The position numbers and the translations under genes were made by a program. This document shows, one piece after another, positions 39,395-53,540 of a stretch of 64,000 nucleotides of DNA. Each line of letters begins with the position of its first letter. The first letter of the stretch is position 1. Origin of the DNA: the human T2T-CHM13v2.0 reference genome, Homo sapiens. Below the pieces are notes generated by a model. The model ran no database searches and was not told where the DNA came from. It worked only from the letters and a program-made list of their open reading frames with translations. Location: NCBI RefSeq assembly GCF_009914755.1, contig NC_060926.1; one strand, written 5' to 3'.

Positions 39395-42300
39395 ATTGCT
39401 GTAGCACTTTTATTGTAAATTGAGTGACTATATATACATGCAGATCTGGTTTTAGATTCTCTGACTCATTGCACAGGGTTATCTGTCTCAGCCTTCACCG
39501 ATACCATACTGTTTTCATTCCTGTTGCTTAATATAAGCTTCAATACTGGGAAGTGTTAATCTTCCAATCTTGTTCTTATTATGTAAGATTACCATGGTTG
39601 TTTTTTTGTTTTTTTTTTGTTGTTGTTGTTGTTTTCTGCCTCTTCGAATGCCCATCTAAGTTAGAAACAGCTTTTAAATTTCAACAAAATTCACAGGATT
39701 TTGATTGTCACAGTATTCAATTAATTTGGAGAGAGTTATTATATTGACAATATTAAGTTTCCTAATACAAGAACATGGTAAAACCTTTCGCTTATTGAGT
39801 CTCCTTGATTCTCTCTCAGTAACCTTTTGTACATTTGCACATACTCTTTATAACTTTTTATTTTACCATAATATCAAACAGTGACAAGTTGGAAAAACAC
39901 TGTAAGAAATATAAATTGGACCCAGATTCATCTACTATCAATAGTTGACTTTCTACTTCCATATTCCTTCTGTAAGTTGGTATTCTGGGTACTATTAATA
40001 CACACGAAACAAACTACCCACCAACTTAATAACACATGAAAACTGCAATCAACTGCCTATCATCTCTATGGTTCTGGATGTTTCCTGGGCTCCACAAGGT
40101 TCCTGCCAGGCTTTCCTAAGGATGCAGTCAGTGAGTGGCTAGGGTAGGCGTCATCTCAAAGGTGGATGACATTAGACGTAAGGTTCTCAGCTGGAGTTGT
40201 TTGCCAATTCATGTGGCTGCTTGGTTTACTTGAAACTTCCAGAGGAGGAGCAGGCAGAAGTTATGCAGCCTCGATGACCTCTTATAGCCTCAGAAGACAA
40301 ACAGCATTGCTTCTACACAGTTGCATGCCTACCAAAATTCAACAGAAGGAAGCATAAGGCAGTAGGTTCAATGGGAGGAGAGTCAAGATCACCCTGTTAG
40401 AAAAAAATGTAGGATAGGAGATCTTGTCACAGCCTTGTTGGAGAATACAACAGGCATCAGTCCACCCTGTGACCAAAGCAATTCACGTTCCTCCCACATG
40501 CTGAACACTCTAATTCTTACCTCAACATGCCCAAGTATTATTCCATGATAGTGTTACCGCATCATCAAAATGATGTCCTAGGGGAGTGATATCAGCAAGA
40601 TGACTGACTAGGAGACACCAGCCTTCGCCTGCCTACCCCAAAAAATACAAACACAAAAACAAAAGCAAGACCAACAATGGGACAGCTATCCAAGATGGAA
40701 AATAGCCCTTGGAGTGTTCAAGAGCCCAGTTAAGAATGTGCAGGAACACAATTAGAAAAAACGCCCAGAATAACCATACAGAAAGCATCGCCAGAAGACG
40801 GCATGCCTGAGAGTCCTGAGACCTCTAAAATGAAAGAAGCAGGAGGCAATTGTTATCAGCCAGGAGGCAGGGTCACTGCACTCCCCATGGCCTGCTCTGT
40901 GGAGGACGCTGCAGCCTTTGCAGCTAATGACCTAAGTAAACCCCCAGGCAGCCCCGACCCTACAACATTCCCAGTGGATGCCCATTAGGATTCATTGTTG
41001 AGGATTACAGCAGCCTGCTCCAGAGGACACTGGTGCTTTTGGCATTAAGGTAACCTGCAGCTATAATCATATCACCCCAGAGAGGAAGATGCTGTGAAAC
41101 CCTCCTCCCACACTCTCTCAAGAAGCAGCCCCTTCTGTGCTGCCTAGGATGGGGCTTCATTGCCCTAAACCCAGGCTCCAGGGCCTCATCCGTGGCTGGC
41201 AACTCAGACACCGAGCCACCTCCATGTGGACCAGCCCAGGCCCATGCCCAGATTTGCTGACACTCCAACTGCACTGTCACTCCAAGTGCACCAGCAGCCT
41301 GGCCCTGTGGCTGCTGTGGAAATTGCCTAAGACATAAAACAATATACAGCCACACAGTGGAGTGAAATGCAGAGAAAAACCACACAGAAATGATCACTGG
41401 GAGATGGCATACTTGAGAGTGCTGAGAAATAATGGCAAATACATCAAGAGTAATAAAAGACGTTGGTCTATAAGATCAAGACAAAAATCACTGAAAAAAT
41501 AATGAAACTTATTCAGGATAAATGCCATGCATTATCCTAAATGGTAGTGTAACCATTCAGGATAAACTACAACTATACATATTATATAACTATACATATT
41601 ATATAATTATTATATTATTTAACAGATAGTGTAACCACTCAGGATAAACTACAACTATACATATTATAGTTAAAACGCTGAACCAGACAAAGAGAAAATC
41701 TCAATTGTATCAAGAAAAAACGGGCTCATTTTACCAGAAAAACAATAATAGAATAATTGGCTAACTGTTCACAAGACTGATAGAGGCTAGAAGACAGCGG
41801 GATTACATATTTAAATGCCAGGTTCGGGGGACTCAGCAAAGGGTTCAATATCCAGTTAAAACATGTTTCAAAAATAAAGGTAAAGTAAAAACATTTCTTT
41901 ATTAAAAAATGAAGAGAAATGATTACTTGCAGAGATGTGCTCTATAAAAAATTCAAGAGGAAATTCTTCAAAAATCACAGGAAATCACAGCAGATCGTAG
42001 CTTGAACGCACAGCGAGAAAAGAAGACTTCAAAAATAATAAAGAAACAAGAAAGAAGCAAGAGACAGCCAAACAAACGTGTTCACTTCTATTTATATGAG
42101 ATTGTAGCACAGGGAAAACCAAATTATTATAATGAATATCTGAATACCAGTTACCTTGATTGGGATGGGGGAGCAGTTGATGCCTGGGAAGGTGCACAAG
42201 GGATGAATCTGGAGAATTTGAAATATTCTAGAGATTCATCTGGATGGCGAACATACGTAAAACTTAGTTGCATATTTAACATTTCCATCCTTTGTGAGTG

Positions 42301-42723
42301 TTTTATATCAATTAAAAAGTGTAAGAAGCCAATCCTGCACCCTGAATCCAATATGAATTTAAAAATAAGAATCATCATATGTTTACGGAATCTTAACCTT
42401 GCTAAGGAGAAGTGAGAAATGCACCTGGGAAATTCTAAGTAACGAGAAATCTAAGAGAGAAGACAAAGAGAAAAGGGAATTTATCCTACTCATGCAGCAC
42501 AGATTTTATCTCTATTGGTTTCTCTCTAAACAGAGACAATATTTAAGTCATTTTGCCCTCAAGAGAGGCTCCCACCATCCCCTTGGCTCTTTCCACCCCA
42601 CTGCACCCATCAGGGGATTTGCATATTGTCCCCTAGGGAGGACCTTCCATTGTGAGTCTGAGATAAAAGCTCAGCTCTAACCTTGCCTTGACTGATCAGG
42701 ACTCCTCAGGGCACCTTCTCACG

Positions 42724-43492
42724 ATGAGGCTCCCTGCTCAGCTCCTGGGGCTGCTAATGCTCCGGGTCCCCGGTAAGGACAGCAGGGAGATGAGGGAGGA
42801 GAATGGGGTGGGAGGGTGAGCTCTGGGGGCCCAATGTCTCCCATGTGTGTTCAGTCCACGTGTTAGATATGCAGGTCTTTTTCTGCAGCATGAGGCATAT
42901 GATGTACTGATCTCTGAGAGGGAGGAAGATTTTAGAAGGAAGGATATGTGCCCTGAAGAAACACAAGTCTTAGAAAGAGGATGATGGTATGGGAGACCAC
43001 TTTGTGCCTTGCATCTGTTGAGTTCTTTTTGAAATTGGATATTCCTGAAATTGCAAAGAAATTATACAGGCTGAAATAATAAATGGAAAATTATGAACAT
43101 GATGCACAATATTTGTACATAACTTTGCCCTTTTCTGTCATCATTCCAGGATCTAGTGGGGACATTCTGTTGACCCAGACTCCACTCTCCCTGTCCATCA
43201 CCCCCGGAGAGCCGGCCTCCATCTCCTGCAGGTCTAGTCGCAGCCTCCTGCATAGTAATGGAAACACCTATTTACATTGGTAGCTGCAGAAGCCAGGCCA
43301 GCCTCCACAGTGTCTAATCTGCAAGGTTTCTAACCGGTTTTCTGGGGTCCCAGACAGGTTCAGTGGCAGTGGGTCGGGCATTGATTTCACACTGAAAATC
43401 AGCCCGGTGGAGGCTGCGGATGTTGGGGTTTATATTACTGCATGCAAGCTACACACTGGTCCCCCACAGTGCTACATCCTGGAACAGAAACC
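42724..43492 (+). pseudogene. IGKV2OR2-7: IGKV2-subgroup orphon pseudogene (IGKV2/OR2-7 or -7D)
   Basis: Octamer 42617-42624; leader 42724-42772; V exon from 43150; TAG at 43281-43283; frameshift tatattactgc; RSS 43465-43492. Arm assignment is ambiguous. Confidence 0.9.
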
Positions 43493-43663
43493 TCTCTGCT
43501 GGGATTGCCCAGCTGCCCACATGTGCTGCTTGTCTGGGGAGCAGCTCAGCAGGGTCTCTGAGTCTGCAAAAGGGGAGGCTGTTGGAGAACTCAGGGGCAG
43601 GTTTGCTGTTGAGGACTCTGGGCCATGAATCCTCAGCTGTACCTCAAGCACTACCTGTTTGTT

Positions 43664-43967
43664 TACTTCTTTATGTTTTCAAGACAGGGTCTCACTCTGT
43701 TACCCAGCATGAAGTGCAGCGGTGTGATTATGGCTCATTGCAACCGTGAAATCCCAAGCTCAAGTGATTTTCCTACCACAGCCTACGGAGTAGCTGGAAT
43801 CACAGGGGGCATGCCACCAAGCCTGATTAATTTTTGTATATAGTTTTGGTAGTCACGGGGTTTCGCCATGTTGTCCAGGCTGCTCTTGAGATCCTGGGCT
43901 CAAGTCATCCACCCAATTCGGCCTCCCAAAGTGCTGAGATTAGAGGCATGAGCCATCGGGCCCAATT
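43664..43967 (-). mobile_element. AluJ-like (mirror)
   Basis: Mirror of 5797-6100. Confidence 0.88.
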
Positions 43968-44210
43968 CCCGCTCTTGCTGATGTACCTGTCACCTGACAC
44001 AGCCTTGACAGTCATAAGTAACAGGGGTATGAGGAGGTTCTAGGGCCCTGTGAGTTAAAAATCAGGATGAAAGGGAAAGGAGAATGGAAGCTCATCTTCA
44101 TCCTCCCTCCTTGCCTACAGTTGTTTATTAAATTTATTCAGCAAAACAGCCAGACAATTGATCATTTCTGGCAAGACACACTGAATACATCTTAGGGTTT
44201 AACAGTTTGG

Positions 44211-44266
<56 letters not shown>

Positions 44267-44322
44267 TAGATAGAGATATAGATATAAATATAGACATAGA
44301 CATAGATATGGATTGATATAGA
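44211..44322 (-). repeat. (AGAT)n microsatellite; 13 pure units
   Basis: agat x13 at 44214-44265. Confidence 0.95.
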
Positions 44323-44613
44323 TTTTTTTTGAGACAGAGTCTCCCTCTATCGCCCAGGCTGGAGTGCAGTGGAGCAATGATCGCAGCTCACTGCAACCTC
44401 TGCCTCCCAGTTTCAAGCGATTCTCCTGCCTCATCTCTCAAGTAGCTGAGATTACAGGCTCTCGCCAACATGCCCAGCTAATTTTTGTATTATTAGTAGA
44501 GACGGGGTTTCACCATGTTGGCCAGGCTGGTCTCCAACTCCTGACCTCAAGTGATCCACTGGGCTTAGCCTACCAGAGTGCTGGCATTACGGCATGAGCC
44601 AGCGCACCCGGCC
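44323..44613 (-). mobile_element. Alu (mirror)
   Basis: Mirror of 5155-5445. Confidence 0.93.
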
Positions 44614-46180
44614 ATATTTTCAAGAAAATATTTGGTTATATTTAAAATTGGCATTTTCCTAGTTTGTTTTAACTTCCGCTTCTTCTATTTAGCACTCATT
44701 GCCCACTCCGTAAGACAGGAGAGACAGCATTCTCCACTAGTTCTCCTCAGAGGGAGCTGGCTGAGGACAGTCAGTGAAATCTTGGTAGTGAGCGTCAAAT
44801 AGATTTTGTAATTTCATAGCAGATACAAGATACTAATACTGAACCTTTTTTTAATTACAATTATCTCTCACTGATAGAAAAATGGAGTTCTTGAAACTCC
44901 AAAAGCTGGTTTTAGAAATAAAAAGCAAATCCTGGAAGATGTAGTATACTAAAGATGTAGTATTTTCCATGGATCACTGGGAAAATAAAGGATGATGGAA
45001 ACTTTTTTATTTCCCAAAGTTCAGAATTCAAGATTGGACAGACTGCAGGAATAGGGGCCTTAGGGGTACAGGAGAGGTCGGCTATTGTTCAATTAAACTG
45101 CCCTTGGTTTACGGTGGGTGGGATGTGGATGGTGGTGGTGATGGCAGTTGATGTGGACCCACAAAGGAGCCAAATATGTTTCTTGCGAAGAATCACAGAG
45201 TTGAAGGCACTGCTGCGTGGCTTCCTGGGCGGAGCCTGTGCCACTGGGAGTCTCACAGGAAAGTAATGTCGTGAGTAGGGCTTTAGGTGTGTAATCACCA
45301 AAGGGTTAGTGAAGTCCCTGTACAAGGAGACCTGAGGTCATGTCACTCAGTCTTAGTGAAATCACAGCAGCCAAGCAGAGCTTCTGAAACTTATTCTATC
45401 CTTAGAGGAGGTCTAGCAGAGACCACCGTCTGGGTCTGGGAGATGTCAGAAGCACTGACATGCTGAGCAGAAGGCCCAGCAAGACGTAATCCAGCAGGTT
45501 TTGATAAATGACAATTTTGATATTAAGTTGTCATAAAAAACAATAAAAGGTTTTGAAATAAGTAAATGTATTATTTTTACACAATGTGGTCATTGCCTAA
45601 AAATAAATCTGATTTCCATATTCTAACAGTAATGGTATAGAAAAATGTATGATTTGCATATAGTCACTTAAAATAATGCTCCAAAAATATTTATGAATTA
45701 TTCAAGAGCATGTCTGTTACTGCCGTGAGGTGATATGATTAAAGTAATGTTCGTATCAAAAGGACAAAATATCTTTTTTTCTGGTTAAAAAAATGAATCA
45801 CATCAGAAATTATTGTCTATTCTAAGATGATGGATCCCATTGTGAATGAATTTAAAATTGTATTTCCAAGCAGAAATGTCAAAAAAAAAGGAAATCATGA
45901 AATATAGCAAGTAATTTGTCACACGTACAAAGAATGACAAGTCTTTAGAGTAGTTTTCCATTCATGAGTGAGAACACACATCCAACCCAAAATCTACTGG
46001 TCTCACTCCCATAATCACTAGTGTGGAGACTAAAGGTAGTGCAATTTAAATTACATTCCTAACCAAAAAAAGGTTCAAAAACAAAGAAAGGATGCTTCAT
46101 AGAAAATATCTTGCAAAACAAAGAATGACATGTCTGTAGAAGGTATTCACAAGCAGGGACTCACATCTAACCAAAATTCT

Positions 46181-46292
46181 AGGGATTTCACCATCACAAA
46201 CACTACTTTGGAGCCTGGAGATGCTGCACATCCTCCTGTGAGCAGAACACTCACTGGGACCCTGCACAGTGTGATGGCCCCAAACATAAAGC
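46181..46292 (+). pseudogene. V-kappa 3' relic with 12-RSS
   Basis: gat ttc acc atc aca aac act act ttg gag cct gga gat gct gca...; heptamer 46265-46271, nonamer acataaagc 46284-46292. Confidence 0.7.
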
Positions 46293-46887
46293 TCTCAAGG
46301 AAGCTCCGCCTCTCAGCGTGGAAGGAGAGGCTGCGGTGCCAGGGGATGTGTCCACAGAGAGTCGAGTCAGGTGGGCTCAGGCAGTTGCCTGGAGAGTCTT
46401 TGAGGAAGAGGACATGAGGCCTCAGTCACAGGTACATGCTCCTCTTCTGTGTGAACAGGGGCCAGGTCTCTCCAGGGCACCTTCCAGAGCCTCTTCCTTC
46501 CTAACTCCTTGGGGTGCTCAAGCCCTACAGACCCTCCAGTGTTGGCTGCCACATCCTCACTGGACCAGCCGCTAAGGTTTCCTGCTGTCGTCATGGCTGC
46601 AGGGATGCTCAGTCACATCACTGGGAGGAGACCCTAGTGTGTCCCATCCTCAACTGCTACAGGCATACTTGACTTGAACTATGTTTGTTTTGCTCCATTG
46701 AACATTTTATGTCACATTGTTCACAGTAGAGACATACCCCCTCCACCACTGACCCTTTCCACACTGCTGCACCCACCAGGTGATTTGCATATTGCACCCT
46801 AGGGGAGGACCTTCCCTTGTGAGTCTGAGGTAAAAGCTCAGCTCTAACCTTGCCTCGACAGATCAGGACTCCTCAGTCCATCTCACA

Positions 46888-47634
46888 ATGAGGCTCCCTG
46901 CTCAGCTCCTGGGGCGGCTAATGCTCAAGATAGAAAAAATATGAGGTGGGAAAATGGGGTTGGAAGGTGAGTTCTGGGAGCTCCATAGCTTCCCATATTT
47001 ATTTCAACCATGTGTTAGAGGCACATGGTCTATGCTCCAGGAAAGAGAATTCATATTTTTGTCTTAAGAATAATCAGGATTCACCTCCAAGGAACAATGA
47101 CCTCTGATTAAGATCTTGAAAATAAAGAGTTCCCTGCTGGCTGGTAAATAATGGGTTCATTTTAGAAAGTCTACTTTCCATGATATAAATCAAAACTTGA
47201 AAATATATGTAACTGTAAATCAGTATCATAGAGAAATCATGAAAGCTGCTCATAATGTGTCTATACAAACTTGCACTTCTCTGTTATTATTTCAGGATCC
47301 AGTGGTGATACTGTGATGGCCCAGACTCCACTCTCCTGGCCTGTCGCCTCTAGAGAGCCACCCCCATATCCTGTAGGTCTAGTCAGAGCCTCTTGTCCAG
47401 TGATGGATACACCTATTCGTATTGGTTCCTGCAGAAGCCAGGCCAGTCTCCACAGCTCCTGATCTATTTTGTTTCAAACCGGGCCTCTGGAGTCCCAGAC
47501 AGGTTCAATGGCAGTGGGTCAGGCACTGATTTCACACTGAAAATCAGCCGGGTGGAGCTGAAGATGTTGGGGTTTATTACTGCATGCAGGCTCTGCAGCT
47601 TCCTCCCACAGTGGTACAGCCCCATAGAGAAACC
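46888..47634 (+). pseudogene. IGKV2OR2-8: IGKV2-subgroup orphon pseudogene (IGKV2/OR2-8 or -10)
   Basis: Decamer tgatttgcat 46781-46790; ATG 46888, donor deleted; V exon from 47296 with two frameshifts; RSS 47607-47634. Arm assignment is ambiguous. Confidence 0.9.
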
Positions 47635-48600
47635 TCCCTTCTGGGGTGTCCCAGCTGCTCACATGCACTGCTTGTCTGGGGAGCAGCTCAGCAGGGTCTC
47701 TCAGTCTGCAGAAGAGGAGGCTGTTGGAGAATTCAGGACAGAGTTTGCTGCTGAGGACTCTGGCCCATGAAAGCCTCAGCTGCACCTCAGTCCCACATGT
47801 TAAGGCTCCATCAGCTGCCACATGTAGCCACCTGCTCTGGGAACAGCCAGCTCTGATGAAGGAAGAGTGAATGAAGCTCATCTTCACCCTCCTTGTCTGG
47901 CCCACATTTGTTGAGTCCATTTATTTGCAGAACAATCAGATCATGGATGCAGATTAGTGGTAACAGAAGTGAAAAACATGTTGCAAACGACTGGTCTGGG
48001 GATAGTTTTATACATGGTAACAGTTGTTCATGTTGAGAAATTGCTATCTTCCCACTTTCCAAACTTTCTCTCTCCTTTACCACTCACACGAACCTGCCCT
48101 CCCTAGTACTATGGTGGAGAAAGCATTCTGCACCAGCTATTTTCACGGGAGTATGGCTAAGAATAATTAGTTATAATGTCTGATTGTTTTTTACTACTTA
48201 TAGATTTTTAAAATCCAGGGGAAATATAAATCCTAATCCCGAAATAGTTTGATTTACCTCAATTACCTTTTGCTGACTGAAAATGGAGTTCTTACAATTC
48301 CAAAAGTGGGATTTGAAAATAAACAAAATAACTCAGGAGGAAAACATAAAGTTTATATAACATATCACAGGAACAATGCAGAATTGCATGAGATTTTTAT
48401 TTTCTTCTCAAATTCTTAGAATTTTAAAAGTATTTTACTGACATAGTACTTTAGAGAGGAAATATCTAGTACTATGTTGTCATAAGAAAATCATTCGAAG
48501 AATGAATAAATGCATTATTTTTACATGACCCTATTTTTTTCCTGAAAATAAATCTGAATCGTCTATTTTAGTTGTAAATGCATAGAAAAATTATGCCCTT

Positions 48601-49126
48601 AATAGATTCTATTAACTCGTCATTTAGCATTAGGTATGTCTCCTAATGCCATCCTTCATCCCTCCCCCCACCCCACAACAGTCCCCGGAGTGTGATGTGC
48701 CCCACCCTGTGTCCATGTGTTCTCATTGTTCAATTCCCACCTATGAGTGAGAGCATGCGGTGTTTGGTTTTTTGTCCTTGCCAGAGTTTGCTGAGAATGA
48801 TGGTTTCCAGCTTCATCCATGTCCCTACAAAGGACATGAACTCTTCATTTTTTATGGCTGCATAGTATTCCATGGTGTATATGTGCCACATTTTCTTTAT
48901 CCAGTCTATCTTTGTTGGACATTTGGGTTGGTTCCAAGTCTTTGCTATTGTGAATAGCGCCGTAATAAACATACGTGTGCATGTGTCTTAATGGGTGCAG
49001 CACACCAACATGGCACATGTATACATATGTAACAAACCTGCACATTGTACACATGTACCCTAAAACTTAAAGTATAATAATAATAAAATTAAAATTAAAA
49101 TAATAAATAAATAAATAGATTCTATT
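48601..49126 (+). mobile_element. Twin-primed L1PA (mirror)
   Basis: Mirror of 642-1167; TSD aatagattctatt. Confidence 0.93.
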
Positions 49127-51010
49127 GACAATAATGTTCTAAATTTATATGCTTTCTTAATATGAGGGCTGCGGTCTGATACATATCTGTATACATTTTG
49201 CCATGGAACTTTTAAACCTAACAAATGCTTTCCGTTAAAAAAGCAATAGTGCTTTCTTCACCATAATACTAGAGAGGGCAGTTTCGTGTGAGTGGTAAAG
49301 GAGCAAGTTTGGAAAGTGGGAAGACAGCAATTTCCCAATATGACCACCTGTTACCATGTATAAAACTATCCCCAAACCAGTCGTTTCTAACATGTATTTC
49401 ACTTGTGTTACCACTTGCCTGCTTCCGTGATCTGATTGTTCTGCCAAATAAATTTACATGAACCCGAGTAATGAGTGATGTCTTTTACATGTGAAAACAC
49501 TGTGTAGAGACACAAAAGGCTCATTGAATCTGATGCAGGCTAACAGCTTAAATTATACTTGAGATGATTTATGTCAAGATAACGGATTCCACAGGAAGTG
49601 CAATTAAAATTCCCATGTGTCATTTCTGTTGGGTTGAAAAGTTGCATGGCAAAATGTATATAGATGTTTAGTAGACCATAGCCCTCAAATTAAGAAACAT
49701 AAGCACTTAATATGTTATTCAAAAATACTAATTAATGTTTCTTTGAGCCTAAATGTTATTACAGAACGCAGTAAAAGAAAATAAGATGTAAGTAGCAACA
49801 GCAGGAGATACAGCAATTCCGTTGTCACGTTAGCCCTCCTGTGATTGACAGCACCTAGTCACCTTGAGTTTCTGCTTTTCTGTGAGACAGAAGATAAAAT
49901 CAAAACCCATTCAAGGCGGTTAGATATATTCTTAGGAAAAGCAAACAAATGTACAACCTACCTGATGCTGATATCCCAAAGGTCTATATTCTCAAGTCAA
50001 AATGGTGAAAAGTAAATGATTCCAAATCTGAAAGGAGAGAGACACAAGGAGAATCAGAGCATAATTAAATTTATTACAAAGAAACCTCAAAATATGGTGG
50101 ACTAAATGTGACAAGGTTTCTGTGTCTGTGCCATGGCAGTGCAGAGGCAGGCACGTGGCCTTGGTGGTGTGGGTGGCTCTGCTCCATGAGGTCACTCAGG
50201 TGGACAGGAGGCACGACCACCCTGAGAGCACAGCCTTCCTCCTTCCTCACAGTCACTGCCCCCATGGTCATCCTCAACAGCATGAGGTGGAACTGAATGG
50301 AGAGAAAGCTGTTTTCTTCTAAGGATCAAAAATAAATACAGAAACAAATAAAACCTCTAGCTTTCCATCAGGGACAAATGTACTTTTGACTCAGTCACAG
50401 ATTTGAGAAATTTTCCATTGAGCGGGTCTGCTGGTAAACCCACGTTCATTGTTTGTTTGTTTTAATCTGAAAATGTGTTTACATGATTCTTGAAGATATT
50501 CTTTGACAAGAAACTTCCATATGTGGTAGCCTATTTGAAGTTGTCATTTACTATTTCATCATTGCTGCTAAAAAGTCATTTGTTAAAAAATCCGTGACTC
50601 TAACTGTTCTTGTTTGAAAGGAATACGTCTTTTTAAGATACTCAGATTCCTTTTAAGCTCTTCATCTGGCCCTCCTTTTTTCTGATTCAATGTATTGTTT
50701 AATTTTTTACTTATGACTAATTAATCAATTAATTTTCACAATCACAGAATCAAATGTCCGATAAGTTGCTATGTCAAAGACCTGTCTGAAGATGGCAAAA
50801 ACACTCCACAATAAACAAAAGACAACACCATGGTCTCAGGAACACTGGGAAAGTAGGAGTGCTGGTGTCCCATTCTCAACAGGGAGCCCGAAAGGTAGAG
50901 GCGGGTCTTTCTTGTGACCTGGGCACCGGGGAGGAGCCACCCATGTGCTGAGTTGTGGGAACCTGCCCCATTCTCTGAGACTGGAAGCAAGGCCCCGGCT
51001 GTGTCCCACC

Positions 51011-51720
<710 letters not shown>

Positions 51721-51767
51721 CCACTTTTCCCACTCTCTCTGAGCAGGATCAGCCTCAGGAGACCCTC

Positions 51768-52300
51768 GTGGACGTGGGGACCTGGTGTTGCTCCTCTTCC
51801 TCCTGCTTTTCCAATTCTCTGGTGAAGAGGGAGAACTCGGGCTTCACCTTCAGTTTCAGTTCTGTGTATTAAACATGAATTTAATGCAGTTTCTTTGCAT
51901 TAAACATCCTTCAAGATGAAGTCTGTCGCCCATTTTGCTTGTTCATCAGAATTCAGTCAAACTGAATGAAGTAGTTATTTAGAATTAACACTTGGGGATG
52001 TTCATAATTGTTCCCCACTTATGTGACAGTTGGGATATTGTGCGGTGCTCATCTCCAGGCCCCTCCCTGTGTTCCAGGAGACAGGGTCACTGTCACCAGC
52101 AGAGCCAGTCACGGAAATAACAGTGTCCTAGCCTAGCTCCACAGGAAATAAGGGCTGACGCTGATCTCCTGCTGGCTCCCACTGCCCCCTGGACACGATG
52201 CCCGCCTGGGTCAAGGGGGTGAGTCTGGACAGACGTCACTCTGGCCATCAACAGCCTAACTACCTTCATGACCTCCCATTGTGAACAGAGTCCCAGAAGT
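51768..52300 (+). pseudogene. Highly decayed complete V-kappa relic (IGKV1-like)
   Basis: Leader-like gtggacgtgggg...LLLFLLLFQFS/GTGAAG (51768-51821); V exon from ~52034 DIV..SP..PGDRVTVTSRASHGNNSVLA*LHRK*G...TDVTLAINSL...HCEQ. Confidence 0.72.
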
Positions 52301-53069
52301 TGCTTGAGCCATGAAAGTTGGACAGAGAAATCCCACATCACTGCAGTCAGAGGGGGGCTGTGAAAAGACCGTGGGGGGGGGTTTCATACTATGATCATGC
52401 AGCACTGAGCCATGGCTGCCACTCTGTCTGACGGGAGCCCCCGGGGGAAGATCCACTCACACTGTGCTCTAGAGGTCGTTTTTGTCACCATCTTGGTTCT
52501 AGCTGGTTTGGGCCAGTTTCTGTAGCGCATCCTCTTTTGTCGAGATCCTGTTCCAGTCAGCGTTGTCATGACCAATGTTGGGATCGGTGCTCAGAACACA
52601 AGTCCTGATGATCTCCTACCTTACACTCGCTGCCTTCTGTGAATCAGATATTCTGATAAGGATCCTGTTGGATCCTACTCGAATCAGGGGCCACACAGAC
52701 CCTCACTGAGGGCTGAGGACCACAGGCATCTGAAGATAAGCAGAGGTCCAGAGAATGATAGCCCCTGACTGTCCTCTGTGAAGACAGCTTCTCCCCAGAT
52801 GGCTGAGGACTATCTTTGGCTGTGTCCTTCTTTCTGAGTGATAATGAGGGATAGAGCAGGTCTCTAAGCCAAACCACAACATTTCAGGGACAATGATACC
52901 TATGCAGGCCCTCCTATGTGTGCTGCTCTAACCTAGACATAGGTGGCACTGGATACGCTTAGGGAAGTGAGGAGATTTATAATCAGAAGGAAGAAAGAGG
53001 GAACGAGAGGAGGAGAGAGAGAGAGAAGAGCGTGTGATGTGTGTATAGTACCAACACTGAAGAGTCATT

Positions 53070-53540
53070 CTATAATGGTTTAGTGCTGAGTATGGTGCTC
53101 AAATGATCAGGCTGTATTCCATGGAAACTATACAGGTACCTTTCACAGGAAAAGAGCCTTTGCACATGAAATTAAGGATTATAAAACAGGCAGATTATCC
53201 TGTATTGACCAGGTGGGCCCTAAAGGGGCCTGTCTTTGTTAAATGTCATTTTTAAAAATCCTGCAGAAGAGAAGGCCATCTGAAGACAGCAACAGAGATT
53301 GAAATGATTTGGACTCAAGCCAATGAAAGCTTAAACCAACAAAAGCTAAGAGAAGTAAAAAAAAATAGACTTGCCCCTGGAGACCCTGGAGCAGCTTTGT
53401 CTGATGACAGCCTGCTCCTGGCTGCTGAAACTGATGCTGGACTTCTGGCCTCCAGAACTATAAGAGAATATATTTCTATTTCTTTAAGCTACCAAAGTTT
53501 TGGTAATTTGTTATAGCAGCCCAAAAATACTAATACAAAT
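53070..53540 (+). mobile_element. MLT1 (MaLR) LTR, paralog of 19780-20250
   Basis: aattaaggattataaaacaggcagattatcctgtattgaccaggtgggccctaa...gacttctggcctccagaactataagagaat. Confidence 0.75.

Noticed and set aside
52370-52480. cacagtg and ctcagtg heptamer-like sites on the - strand
   Set aside because: No convincing nonamer at 12 or 23 bp and no V-like frame upstream.
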